Source: Thermoanaerobaculia bacterium
GTDB taxonomy: Bacteria > Acidobacteriota > Thermoanaerobaculia > Multivoradales > Multivoraceae
Assembly (NCBI GenBank): GCA_963664405.1
Contig: OY761158.1
Coordinates: 2,624,001-2,688,000, forward strand
DNA: 64,000 nt
Direction of reading: 5' to 3'
Shown here: one piece after another, positions 10,520-20,561 of the stretch
How positions within the stretch are numbered: the first letter of the stretch is position 1
Layout of the letters: the number at the start of each line of letters is the position of its first letter
Made by a program: the position numbers and the translations under genes
The notes under the pieces: generated by a model
Told to the model about the DNA's origin: nothing
Database searches by the model: none
What the model saw: the letters and a program-made list of their open reading frames with translations, nothing else

Positions 10520-11500
10520 AACTTTGCGCCTCATCCCAATTCCCCTTCGTATGCCTTGGGGATTGCGGAGAAGTTGTTACTGGCTCAACTCCGCCAAAGG
10601 CCAACTCCGATTTGTGGGGGGGCGAGATCCCTTTCGTTACCCCCGCTCAACTTGGTTTCCAACCGCCAATCACGACCGCCGATGAGTATGTTACGAGTGA
10701 GGGTGCAGATCGCGGAAGACTTCTTCCCGAGGGCGCGGTGCTCGTTTGCTGCATTGGATCACTCGGAAAAACAGGCACTGCTGGAGTTCCGCTCATAAGC
10801 AACCAGCAAATCAACGCAATCATCTTTGATCCAATTCAGGTGGATGCACGATACGGCTACCATGCCGCTCGCAGTTTAACTCCTCTACTTGAGCATTTTG
10901 CGCCGTCAACCACCGTTAAAATTGTCAAAAAAAGCGCCTTTGCAGAATTCCAAATCCCCCTCCCGCCCCTCGCCGAGCAGAAGCGGATTGCGGGGATTCT
11001 GGATGCGGCGGACGCCTTGCGGGCCAAGCGCCGCGAGGCCATCGCCCAGCTCGACACCCTCCTCCAATCCACCTTCCTCGACATGTTCGGCGACCCCGTC
11101 ACCAACCCGAAGGGGTGGGAGGTTAAGCCGCTGAACGAACTGTTGGGGGAGAAGTTCACCAACGGTGCCTATTACCCAAAGGACGCGTATTCAAGTGTCG
11201 GAACCCGAATGGTTCACATGGCCAATGCGTTCTATGGCGTGGTGAATCCGAATGAAGTCAAGCGAGTTGATGCTCCGCTTGCTGACATAGAAAAGTATGG
11301 CCTCCTACCTACGGATATCTTGGTCTCTCGCCGTTCCCTTAACTACGAAGGGTCAGCGAAACCCTGCCTGATACCAGAAACAGATGAACCGTTGATATTC
11401 GAGTCTTCGCTGATCCGTGTGCGGCCAGACCCCTCTCTGCCAAGATGCTTGAGACATCTCGCCACCCCTTAAATAGAGTAGGGCGGAGAGGTGAAACCTG

Positions 11501-12055
11501 ATGTCTGAAGAGAGGAAGATGCAAGAGATGAGATCAGCAGGCACGTCCATTGCGGTCCGGGGCGAGGAGGAGGTTTCCCAGCTTCCCCCGTGCGCCCAGC
11601 TGGGGTCCGCGGAGGCGCCGACGGGCGAGCGTAGCGAGCACGGAGACGCAGCAGCGTGCGCCATCTGGGCGCGGCCGAGCCCTGTGTTGGATCCTGAGGT
11701 GGTCGCCAAGCCAACGCGGCGAACCTTCACGGCCGAGTACAAGCTGCGAATCCTCGAGGAAGTCGAAGTGGCCACGCCTGGCGACATCGGCGCGATCCTG
11801 CGTCGCGAGGGATTGTACAGCTCCCACCTGACGGCCTGGCGCAGGGCACGCAGGACCGGCGCTCTGCGAAGGCTGGGCCGAAGGCGAGGGCGCAAGGCGA
11901 AGTCCGGCAATCCGCTGGCCAAGAAGGTCGAGCAACTGGAAAAGGAGCTATCCCGTACTCGCGAGGCGCTGCGCAAGGCAGAGCTGATCCTCGAAGTGCA
12001 GGGAAAAGTTGCCGGGCTGCTGGGCTTCAACCTCGAGGACGGGAGGAGCTCCTGA
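11501..12055 (+). CDS. IS3 OrfA (HTH transposase)
   Basis: RRTFTAEYKLRIL...LRREGLYSSHLTAWR; slippery G GGA AAA at 12001-12007 opens into the -1 OrfB frame. Confidence 0.85.
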   Translation: MSEERKMQEMRSAGTSIAVRGEEEVSQLPPCAQLGSAEAPTGERSEHGDAAACAIWARPSPVLDPEVVAKPTRRTFTAEYKLRILEEVEVATPGDIGAILRREGLYSSHLTAWRRARRTGALRRLGRRRGRKAKSGNPLAKKVEQLEKELSRTREALRKAELILEVQGKVAGLLGFNLEDGRSS

Positions 12056-13058
12056 TGGCCGCAGCCGAATTGGCGCTGCAGGTCGGCGTCAAGCCGTCCT
12101 GTGTCGCTCTCGGCGTGGCACGGGCGACCCTGTACCGTCGTCGGAAGCCATCTACCGGGCCGCAGCCCCGGCCAACACCTGCCCGGGCTCTGAGCGAGGA
12201 CGAGCGCCAAGCCGTCCTGGGCGTCCTGGACTCGCCTCGCTTTGTCGACCGTGCCCCCGCCGAGGTCGTCGCCACGCTCCTGGACGAGCAACGCTACCTC
12301 TGCTCGGAGAGGACCATGTACCGCATCCTCGCTGCGCGAGCGCCGGTGCGCGAACGGCGTAACCAGCTTCGCCACCCCGACTACACCAAGCCGGAGCTGG
12401 TGGCGGCCGCCCCCAACCAAGTCTGGTCCTGGGATATCACCCGATTGCGGGGTCCTGAGAAGTGGAGCTACTACTACCTCTACGTCCTGCTCGACATCTT
12501 CAGCCGCTACGTCGTCGGCTGGATGCTCGCGCCCCGCGAGAACGCCAATCTCGCCGGTCGCCTCATCGAGGAGACCTGCTGCAAGCACGACGTCAAACCT
12601 GAGGTGCTCACCCTGCACAGCGATCGGGGCTCCCCGATGACCGCCAAGTGCACGGCTCAGCTGCTCGCCGATCTGGGACTCACTCAGTCGCTCAGCCGGC
12701 CCCAGGTCTGTGACGACAACCCCTTTTCCGAGGCCCAGTTCAAGACCCTCAAGTACCACCCGAGCTTCCCCTCCCATTCGCCAGCCAGGAGGCCGCCCAG
12801 GCTTTCTGCAGGACCTTCTTCCCTTGGTACAACACCGAGCACCGCCACGGTGGGATCGCCCACCTGACGCCGCACGGCGTCCACCACGGTCGAGCGGAGC
12901 AGGTCCTTGCCGCACGGCAAGTCGCGCTCGATGGCGCCTTCCAAACTCACCCAGAACGCTTCCTCCGAGGGCGACCCATCGTCGCGCCTTTACCTGGAAC
13001 CGTTTATATCAACCGGCCTGAGGATCCGCCGGCCTCGACCGAAGAGGACCTTCACTAA
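12055..13058 (+). CDS. IS3 OrfB DDE transposase (frameshift near 12780)
   Basis: PNQVWSWDIT, LHSDRG, DNPFSEAQFKTLK; the C-terminus YNTEHRHGGI is in another frame. Confidence 0.85.
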
Positions 13059-13388
13059 TTTATGACTCAAGGTGTCTCAAAGTTCTTGACAGGTTCCGGA
13101 CCGGGAGAGAGTTCTAACGATCTACCTCTTTCACTATCTTTTGAACGACCGGGCTCGAGCGAAGTATGTATTCCCGCTAGTGACTCGTTCTACGATTTCG
13201 GGAATCAGTCAGTCGAACCTAATGAAGGTGAAGATCGTGCTGCCTCCCCTCGACCTCCAACACCGCTTCGCCGCGATCGTCGAATCCGTCGAGCAACAGA
13301 AGGCCAGCCAGCGCGCCCACCTGGACGAACTCGACACCCTGTTCGCCTCTCTACAATCCCGCGCCTTCCGTGGGGACCTCTGAGCCCC

Positions 13389-16300
13389 ATGGAAATCTCA
13401 GCAAACTTCGCGTTCCTGGAGCAGGAGTTTCCACATGCGGCGGAGAGCGGGAGCTATGCCGAGCGGCACGTCTACGGTGACCCCCGAGCCTCGTGCTTCC
13501 ATGCCCGGCACGCGCTGGAGCGTCTGGTCATGCGTGTCTACAAGGTCGACAAGACCTTGAGTCCGCCGAAGATCACGAACCTGGACGGCTACCTCAATGA
13601 GACTGCCTTCCGCGACCTCGTGCCCGAGGTCATCTGGCAGAAGGCCGAGTACATCCGGCAAGCGGGCAACGTGGCGGTACACGGAAAGAAGATGCCCAAG
13701 CCGGAGACTGCGCTGGACATCGTGCGGGAGCTTTCGCACGTCTTCTACTGGGCGGGCCGCACGTACCTGCGGAAGGGGGCGGAAAGCCTGGCCGGGAAGA
13801 CCTTCGACGAATCACTCGTCCCGAAAGTGGAACCGGCAGCTGTGCCGGCCAGCGTCGAGGAACTGGACGCTCTGAAGGCGGAGCGGGACGCTGCCGAGGA
13901 GGCTCACAAGGAGCTAGAGAGGGAGCTGGAGGCATTGCGTGTACGGCTCGCGGCGATCAAGGCGGAGAACGAAGCGGTCCCCGAGGCCCACGACTGGAAC
14001 GAGGACAAGACTCGACGGCTGCTCATCGATCTCGCGTTGAACCGAGCGGGTTGGTCGCTTGGTGGGCCACACGACCGGGAATACAAGGTCACGGGGATGC
14101 CCAATGCGCAGGGCGTGGGCTATGCCGACTATGTCCTGTGGGGAGACGACGGCAAGCCGCTGGCGGTGGTGGAGGCGAAGAAGACCACCGTCGACCCGGC
14201 GGTGGGCCAGCAACAGGCGAAACTCTACGCCGACTGCCTGGAGGCGATGCACGGCCAGCGTCCGGTCATCTTCTACACCAACGGCTACCAGACATGGCTG
14301 TGGGACGACCTCGCCTACCCGCCGCGGACCGTCGCGGGGTTCTATAAGAAGGACGATCTGGCGTCCCTGATCATCCGCCGAGCCCAGCGCGCCCCGCTCG
14401 ATGTGTCGCAGGTGAAGGACGACATCGTCGAGCGTTACTACCAGAAACGGGCCATCGGCAGCATCGGCGAGCAGTTCGCGCAGACGCGACGCAAGGCGCT
14501 GCTGGTGATGGCCACCGGCAGCGGCAAGACACGCACGGCGATCGCCCTGGTGGACCTGCTGCAACGGGCGGGCTGGGTGAAGCGGGCGTTGTTTCTGGCC
14601 GATCGGGTGTCGTTGGTCAACCAGGCGGTGAGTGCCTTCAAGGCGCACCTGCCGGAATCGAGCCCGGTGAACCTGGTGACCGAAAAGGACAAGGCGGGCC
14701 GTGTCTACGTCTCCACCTATCCGACGATGATGGGACTGATTAACGAGACGAAGGGCAACGAGGCGCGCTTCAGCGTCGGGCACTTCGATCTCGTCATCAT
14801 CGACGAGGCGCACCGCTCGGTCTACCAGAAGTACGGCGCGATCTTCCGGTATTTCGATTCGCTCTTGGTCGGCCTGACCGCGACGCCTAGCGAGTACGTC
14901 GACCGCAACACCTACACCCTCTTCGACCTGAAGCCGGGCGTGCCGACCGACGCCTACGAGCTAGAAACTGCGGTGGCGGACGGCTTCCTCGTGCCGCCGC
15001 GAGCGGAGCAGGTGGACCTCAAGTTCCCCCGCGAGGGTATCGACTACGATTCGCTCAGCGACGAGGAGAAGGAAGAGTGGGAGAGCCTCGACTGGGGCGA
15101 TGACGTCGACGAGAACGGCCTTCCCGAAAGGGTCAACGCCTCCGCCATCAACAGCTGGCTTTTCAACAAGGACACCGTCGACAAGGTGCTCCAGCACCTG
15201 ATGGAGCACGGCCACAAGGTCGAAGGCGGCGACCGGCTGGCCAAGACGATTCTCTTCGCCCGCAACCACGAGCACGCGAAGTTCATCGAGGAGCGCTTCA
15301 ATCACCATTACCCACACCACAAGGGACACTTTGCGCGGATCATCGACCACTACGCCAAGTATCCGCAGAGCTTGCTCGACGACTTCTCGCAGAAGGACAA
15401 GGTGCCGCACATAGCGATCTCGGTGGACATGCTCGATACCGGCATCGACGTACCCGAGGTGGCGAACCTGGTCTTCTTCAAGCCCGTCTACTCGAAGATC
15501 AAGTTCTGGCAGATGATCGGACGAGGCACGCGTCTGTGCCCGGCGCTGTTCGGGCCCGACGACGACAAGCGGGACTTCCGTATTTTCGACTTCTGCTTCA
15601 ACTTCGACTTCTTCCATGAGAATCCCGACGGCAGGGAGAGCCGCGTTGTTGTCCCGCTCGGCACACGGCTCTTTCGGTACCGGCTGCAGCTTCTGGACCA
15701 TGTTCATAGGACGCCGGACCTGGCCCCGGATGCCAAGCTCGCGGGGTCCCTGAGCACGGAGCTTCATCGGGAAGTGGCGGCGATGAACCGCGAAAACTTC
15801 ATCGTCAGGATGCACCTGGAGGCAGTGGACCGCTTCCGGGAGCGCAAAGCATGGGAACAGCTCAGCGAGGCTGACCGTAAGGCCCTGCACCGTGAGGTCG
15901 CGGGCCTGCCCAGCGAGATCGAGAACGATGACATCGAGTCGCGAATGTTCGATCTCACAGCTCTCCGCATGCAGCTTGCCCTGGCCGAGGGCGACCTGGC
16001 CGTCGTCGAGGCTTACCGGCAGCGGATGGTCGAGATCGCCATGCTGCTGGAGGAGAAGACCACGATCCCTGCAGTGAAGGCCCAGCTCGCGTACCTGGCC
16101 TCCATCCAGGAGAGCGGCTTCTGGGAGGAGATCGACCTCGACGGTCTCGAAGATCTGCGCCTGCGGCTACGTGGGCTGGTGCGTTTCCTCGACAAGAAAA
16201 AGCGCAAGGTCGTCTACACAGATTTCCAGGACGAGGTCCTGGGCAGGCGTGATGAAGCGTTTGTCTCCATGCCGAAAATGACCGGCGCGCTGTATGAGAA

Positions 16301-16802
16301 GAAGGTCAAGAGCTACCTCGACAACCATCTCAACCACATCGTGATCCACCGGCTTCGGACCAACCGGCCGCTCACCAGCGCCGACCTGAAGGGGCTGGAG
16401 TCGACTCTGGTCGAGATCGGTGAAGGGGATGGGAAGATGCTCCTCTCCGGCTTGCTGGCCCGTAGCGAGGCCCCTTCGTTGGCCCACTTCGTGCGCAGCC
16501 TGGTGGGCATGGACCGGTCCGCCGCGCAGTCGGCGTTCTCCGAGTTCTTGAACGATCGGAGTCTCACTGTCCCACAGATCCGCTTCGTCGAGATGGTGAT
16601 AGACCAGCTCACGGCCCGAGGCGTAATGGAGGCATCGGCTCTCTACGAACCGCCCTTCACCAACCTGCACGCCGGGGGGCCGGAGGCGTTGTTTGGCGGA
16701 AAGAAAAACGTGATCGAAGGGATTTTCGACACACTGAAGGCGGTCCAGTCGGGGTTGATGGTGAAGGCAGGGTCAACGCCAGGAAGAGTCGCCCTGCTGT
16801 GA
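13389..16802 (+). CDS. hsdR: Type I restriction endonuclease subunit R (EcoAI/EcoEI-like, N-terminal DUF4145-like domain)
   Basis: ADYVL...VEAKK nuclease motif, MATGSGKT, DEAH, QMIGRGTR; EcoEI-type C-terminus. Confidence 0.93.
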   Translation: MEISANFAFLEQEFPHAAESGSYAERHVYGDPRASCFHARHALERLVMRVYKVDKTLSPPKITNLDGYLNETAFRDLVPEVIWQKAEYIRQAGNVAVHGKKMPKPETALDIVRELSHVFYWAGRTYLRKGAESLAGKTFDESLVPKVEPAAVPASVEELDALKAERDAAEEAHKELERELEALRVRLAAIKAENEAVPEAHDWNEDKTRRLLIDLALNRAGWSLGGPHDREYKVTGMPNAQGVGYADYVLWGDDGKPLAVVEAKKTTVDPAVGQQQAKLYADCLEAMHGQRPVIFYTNGYQTWLWDDLAYPPRTVAGFYKKDDLASLIIRRAQRAPLDVSQVKDDIVERYYQKRAIGSIGEQFAQTRRKALLVMATGSGKTRTAIALVDLLQRAGWVKRALFLADRVSLVNQAVSAFKAHLPESSPVNLVTEKDKAGRVYVSTYPTMMGLINETKGNEARFSVGHFDLVIIDEAHRSVYQKYGAIFRYFDSLLVGLTATPSEYVDRNTYTLFDLKPGVPTDAYELETAVADGFLVPPRAEQVDLKFPREGIDYDSLSDEEKEEWESLDWGDDVDENGLPERVNASAINSWLFNKDTVDKVLQHLMEHGHKVEGGDRLAKTILFARNHEHAKFIEERFNHHYPHHKGHFARIIDHYAKYPQSLLDDFSQKDKVPHIAISVDMLDTGIDVPEVANLVFFKPVYSKIKFWQMIGRGTRLCPALFGPDDDKRDFRIFDFCFNFDFFHENPDGRESRVVVPLGTRLFRYRLQLLDHVHRTPDLAPDAKLAGSLSTELHREVAAMNRENFIVRMHLEAVDRFRERKAWEQLSEADRKALHREVAGLPSEIENDDIESRMFDLTALRMQLALAEGDLAVVEAYRQRMVEIAMLLEEKTTIPAVKAQLAYLASIQESGFWEEIDLDGLEDLRLRLRGLVRFLDKKKRKVVYTDFQDEVLGRRDEAFVSMPKMTGALYEKKVKSYLDNHLNHIVIHRLRTNRPLTSADLKGLESTLVEIGEGDGKMLLSGLLARSEAPSLAHFVRSLVGMDRSAAQSAFSEFLNDRSLTVPQIRFVEMVIDQLTARGVMEASALYEPPFTNLHAGGPEALFGGKKNVIEGIFDTLKAVQSGLMVKAGSTPGRVALL

Positions 16803-17022
16803 ACCCGCTGACCCGCGCACGCTCGTCCAGATTGGCCCTTGCCGACGATGCCAGGGTAGCGCCCAGAATCGTGCGAATTTATACGCTAAGAGGTTTCGAG
16901 TCGGTGCTTGCTGGATCGGTGCAGGTATCGACCGGTACGAAGACGAGCTTGAGTTTCCAAGATGGACCACAGGCAAAGAAGGCCCGTGGGGTCACCGAGC
17001 CGCAAAAGCTTACAAAAGCTAA

Positions 17023-17590
17023 CCCCAATTCGCGAATAAATCAGGCGGCTCGGAGGGCTTTAGCGACTCTTTGGAAGTCTTGTTGAGCGGCGGCTGAAGT
17101 GCCGAGGTCGAGGGTGATTCGGCCAGCAGGGTGAAGGAGGACGCCGGCTCGGCCGAGGAGTTTGAATCGCAGGGTGTGGATGGTTTCGAAGCGATGCAGG
17201 GTTCTCCGTTTGCGACTCCGTGATCGGGGTTGCGGACGTGCCGCGACCTGAAAGGACCGGGTGAGGTTGAAAGCGAGCACGCTGAGGATCTGCCAAGCGG
17301 CGTTGGCACCGGCTTTCAGGCTCGGGACACAGTTGAAAGCGAAGCCGTTGCGCAGCTCGGCGTACGCCTTCTCGTGCGTTCCCCGACCGTTGAGGAAGTG
17401 CCAGAGATTCAGGCCGTTGAGGGACTTGTTGGTGGTGATCGCCGAGTACTCGTAGTGGCCGTCGTCGGGATCGACCAGGTCCAGCTGGAAGTTCTTGCGG
17501 GTCTCGTAGGCCACTCGCTTGCGGTACAGCACGATGCGGCGTAGCTGATTCCAGGGAGCAACCCGTGTGCGGGTCTCGCAGTAGCTCACC
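17023..17590 (-). mobile_element. IS1380-family remnant (transposase C-terminus plus one end)
   Basis: YEYSAITTN...NGRGTHEKAYAELR...ANAAWQILSVLAFNL; ends TTATTCGCGAATTGGGG. Confidence 0.8.
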
Positions 17591-17768
17591 GAAGACTTGC
17601 CGGGCTCTCTGCTCCTGGTCTTTGGTCAATTGTCGTTGGCAGGCGAGAGGGTGCTGGCGGTGCTTCGCGCCCTATCGACCGGGCCCTCGGTGCAAGCTGT
17701 GTGAGGGTCGCCGAAAACCCGCAAAAGATGCGTCTCGACTCTCCGAGAAGCGGGCCTGTTATCGGCGG

Positions 17769-18122
17769 TCATAAAGTGCGGGATTCCGGCTGTGTAGTGG
17801 CGCTTTTGGTTTCATCCTCCTCGAGAAGGGACCGGTGCCGAAGGAGGATGTAGCGGACGTATTGAGGGTCGAGCTCGTCGTTGGTCAGGGCTCGATGTAC
17901 GGAGCGGTAGTAGGCAAGTGAGTGAATCTGCGGCAGCGGATCGGTGCTGAGGCGCCGTCGCAAGGTGGCGAGTCGAATGGCATGGGCAAGCTCTTCGAGG
18001 GGGACGTTGGCTTGATAGAGCTTGTCGGCGATGGCCCAGTCTCGGCGCCGAGGTCTAGGCGGGGTTTTAGGAGCGTCGAGGTAGAGGCGGATGAGCTCGG
18101 CGCGATACTCCTGTCGGATCAC
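17769..18122 (-). CDS. IS21-A downstream accessory protein, function unknown
   Basis: GTGA overlap with the istB stop; homologous to 25793-26149 (Y...L..LY...P.TP...D......L...I.SLAY...Y..Y). Confidence 0.75.
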   Translation of the reverse strand: MIRQEYRAELIRLYLDAPKTPPRPRRRDWAIADKLYQANVPLEELAHAIRLATLRRRLSTDPLPQIHSLAYYRSVHRALTNDELDPQYVRYILLRHRSLLEEDETKSATTQPESRTL

Positions 18123-18892
18123 GAGGTCTTCGCACTGCGCCGTCGAGGGCGAGTGCCGCTTCGGCGGGCCGAAGCGCGCTTCTTGGCGTGCTCCTTGGAC
18201 TCCTTGAGCCGATAGGAATCGCCCTCGATGTTGACGAGCTCGCAGCGATGGACGAGGCGATCGACGATGGTGACGACGGTAGTAGCGTTGGGGAAGACCT
18301 CTCCCCATTCTCCAAAGGACTTGTTTGTGGTGATGAGAAGGGACTTATTTTCGTACCTGCGGGAAACGACCTCGAAAAGTAGATCGGCGTGGCGCGTGTC
18401 GTAGGACAGATATCCGAGCTCGTCAATGCAGAGCAGGGATGGGCGCGCAAAGAGCGCGAGCTTGCGCTGAAGGCTGGTCGAGGAGTCTTGTTCGGCGAGG
18501 GTGTTGAGCAGCTCCGAGGCGGTGAGGAATCGGGCGGTGGCTCCACGTAGTACGGCTTGATGGGCGAGATTCTTGGCAATGAGCGTCTTGCCGATGCCGT
18601 TTGGCCCTATCAAGACAGCGTTGTGCCCTCGGGCGAGCCACTCGAGCCGAAAGAGATCTTCGATCTGCTCGCGGTCGATCTTCTTGGGCCAATTCCAGTC
18701 GAAGTCGGCCAGCGGCTTGAAGGTGCCGAGCCGGGCCCGACCCAGGCGTCGCTCCAGTCCGCGACGGGCTCGCTCCTGCTCTTCCCAGTCGAGCAGGTCG
18801 GGGAGCCAGGGTTGGTTGGCGACCTCATCCCAGTGGGCTAGGAGGCCATGGAGTTTCAGGGCTGTGGCACGCTCTTGGTCGGTGTTGTTCAT
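18119..18892 (-). CDS. istB: IS21-A IstB AAA+ ATPase
   Basis: GPNGIGKT, LLCIDELGY, ITTN, IVDRLVH, GDSYR. Confidence 0.93.
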   Translation of the reverse strand: MNNTDQERATALKLHGLLAHWDEVANQPWLPDLLDWEEQERARRGLERRLGRARLGTFKPLADFDWNWPKKIDREQIEDLFRLEWLARGHNAVLIGPNGIGKTLIAKNLAHQAVLRGATARFLTASELLNTLAEQDSSTSLQRKLALFARPSLLCIDELGYLSYDTRHADLLFEVVSRRYENKSLLITTNKSFGEWGEVFPNATTVVTIVDRLVHRCELVNIEGDSYRLKESKEHAKKRASARRSGTRPRRRSAKTS

Positions 18893-19197
18893 TCGTCGTC
18901 CTCCTCGTCGTTGGGGTTGTCGTAGTCGGCCAGTGCATGGGGAGTGACCGTGAGCTCCCGGATCCTGGGATCGTCGGGGAGCTGGACAGGCAGCGCGGGT
19001 AGGAGTCCCCGCTCGTGGCGCCGACGATCGAGGATGAGTCGCACCGCTTCGGGATGCGGGGTGAGAGTGAGCACGATAATCGATGGGAATGTTGGCCATT
19101 CTGAGCACGGTAGGTGAGGGAAGGGTGTTTGGTCCCTCAAGTAGTGTGCTCAAGACTAGGTCCGTCGGCATCATCCCCGCCGAAGGCGGGCCGTCGG

Positions 19198-20561
19198 GGA
19201 TCCGTCCCGAATGCTGTGGAAATTGAGAATGGCGTAACCTCCTAGTGGTCAAACACATCGCCGGTTAGGGCGAACGGAGGATTACGCCATGGTGGAGAAT
19301 ATCAACGAGGAAGGGGAAGCTGCACGCTTCCGTCAGGACATTCGTTCGTTGTTACGCGAGCGTGTTCGTGCGGCGATCGAGATCACACTCGAGGAAGAGC
19401 TGTCCGAGGCGCTGGGCTGCAGCGCCTACGAGCGTTCAGGCGAGCGTGCGGGCTATCGCAACGGCAAGCAGCGTCGTCTGATCACGACGGCGTGTGGGTC
19501 GAAGGAACTGGACATTCCACGAGGACGGCTAGTCGGCGAGGATGGGGCCAGCGTAGAGTTTCGCAGTGCGATCGTGCCGCGTTACGCTCGTCGTACGCAG
19601 GAGGTCGATGACGCGATCCTGGGTGCGTATCTGGCTGGCGCTAACAGCCGCCGGATCAAGAAGGCATTGGCTCCGCTGCTGGGTGAGGAGCACCTGTCCA
19701 AGAGCGCAGTTTCGCGTGTGGTGTCTCGGCTGAAGGAGCTTTTTGCTCGCTGGAGTGAGCGCGATCTGTCGGAGGAGTCCTACGTGCTTCTGTTTCTCGA
19801 TGGCTTTCACCTGAAGGTCCGCTTGGCCCGTCGAGTGGTCTCGGTACCGGTGCTGGTGGTGCTGGGTGTGACTCCGGACGGCACCAAGGTGCTGGTGGCC
19901 TTACGTTTAGCCGCGAGCGAGGCCGCCGAGCACTGGAAGTGGCTGATCGAGGATCTGAAGGCCCGAGGTCTTCAGGCTCCGCGCTACCTGGTCACGGATG
20001 GCCACAAAGGGCTGGCCGCGGCGCTGAAGGCTTGGCCTGAGGTCAAAGTCCAGCGCTGCGTCCAACACAAGTGGGAGAATCTGAAGAAACACTGCCCGGT
20101 GCACGCACACGACGAGCTGCGGCGTGACTGGCACTCGATCGTACGAGCCGAGGACGCGGCACAGGCCCGCAAGGCCTACGCGGCGTTCGTCACCAAGTGG
20201 TCGCGACTAGTCCCGGCGGTGGCTCGCAGCCTTGAGGAGGCAGGGTTCCAGCTACTGACCTTCTACGAGCTCCCCAAATCGCTGTGGAGTTCGGTGCGCA
20301 CGACCAACGCTCTGGAGAACCTGAACCGCGAGTTTCGTCGCCGCACTAAAACCCAGGGCTCCTTTGCCACCGAGGCTGCCGGCGTCACGCTCCTCTGGGG
20401 GCTCGTCGCCTTCGGGCAGATACACCTGCGAAGGATTAACGGCTACCGGGCGCTTCAGCTCCTGCTCGAGGTTGAGAGGGCCGCGTAAACGGTAGGATTT
20501 AGCAAAAGACGACTCGGAGGACTACGCCTGAACCCATTTCCACAAAAAACGGGACACATCC
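19198..20561 (+). mobile_element. IS256-family insertion sequence
   Basis: IRs GGATCCGTCCCGAATGCTGTGGAAAT and ATTTCCACAAAAAACGGGACACATCC; 8-bp TSD GCCGTCGG (19190-19197 and 20562-20569). Confidence 0.92.
19289..20488 (+). CDS. IS256/Mutator transposase
   Basis: GYRNG, LFLDG, VTDG, QRCVQH, TTNALENLNREFRRR. Confidence 0.95.
   Translation: MVENINEEGEAARFRQDIRSLLRERVRAAIEITLEEELSEALGCSAYERSGERAGYRNGKQRRLITTACGSKELDIPRGRLVGEDGASVEFRSAIVPRYARRTQEVDDAILGAYLAGANSRRIKKALAPLLGEEHLSKSAVSRVVSRLKELFARWSERDLSEESYVLLFLDGFHLKVRLARRVVSVPVLVVLGVTPDGTKVLVALRLAASEAAEHWKWLIEDLKARGLQAPRYLVTDGHKGLAAALKAWPEVKVQRCVQHKWENLKKHCPVHAHDELRRDWHSIVRAEDAAQARKAYAAFVTKWSRLVPAVARSLEEAGFQLLTFYELPKSLWSSVRTTNALENLNREFRRRTKTQGSFATEAAGVTLLWGLVAFGQIHLRRINGYRALQLLLEVERAA

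Larger units (their letters stand above)
11431..13098 (+). mobile_element. IS3-family insertion sequence
   Basis: GAC(C) target duplication at 11428 and 13099; IRs TGCCAAGATGCTTGAGACA (11438-11456) and TGTCTCAAAGTTCTTGACA (13073-13091); orfA and orfB present. Confidence 0.9.
10516..13383 (+). pseudogene. hsdS: Type I R-M specificity subunit interrupted by an IS3-family element
   Basis: TRD1, then IPLPPLAEQKRIA...DMFGDP, then TRD2. Removing 11431-13101 restores the frame ...IRVRPD|RERVLTIYL...LPPLDLQHRF...AFRGDL. Confidence 0.92.

Noticed and set aside
13062-13388. N-terminal extension of the 1246-aa HsdR ORF
   Set aside because: It overlaps the IS3 end and the hsdS 3' fragment; the real start is probably ATG 13389.
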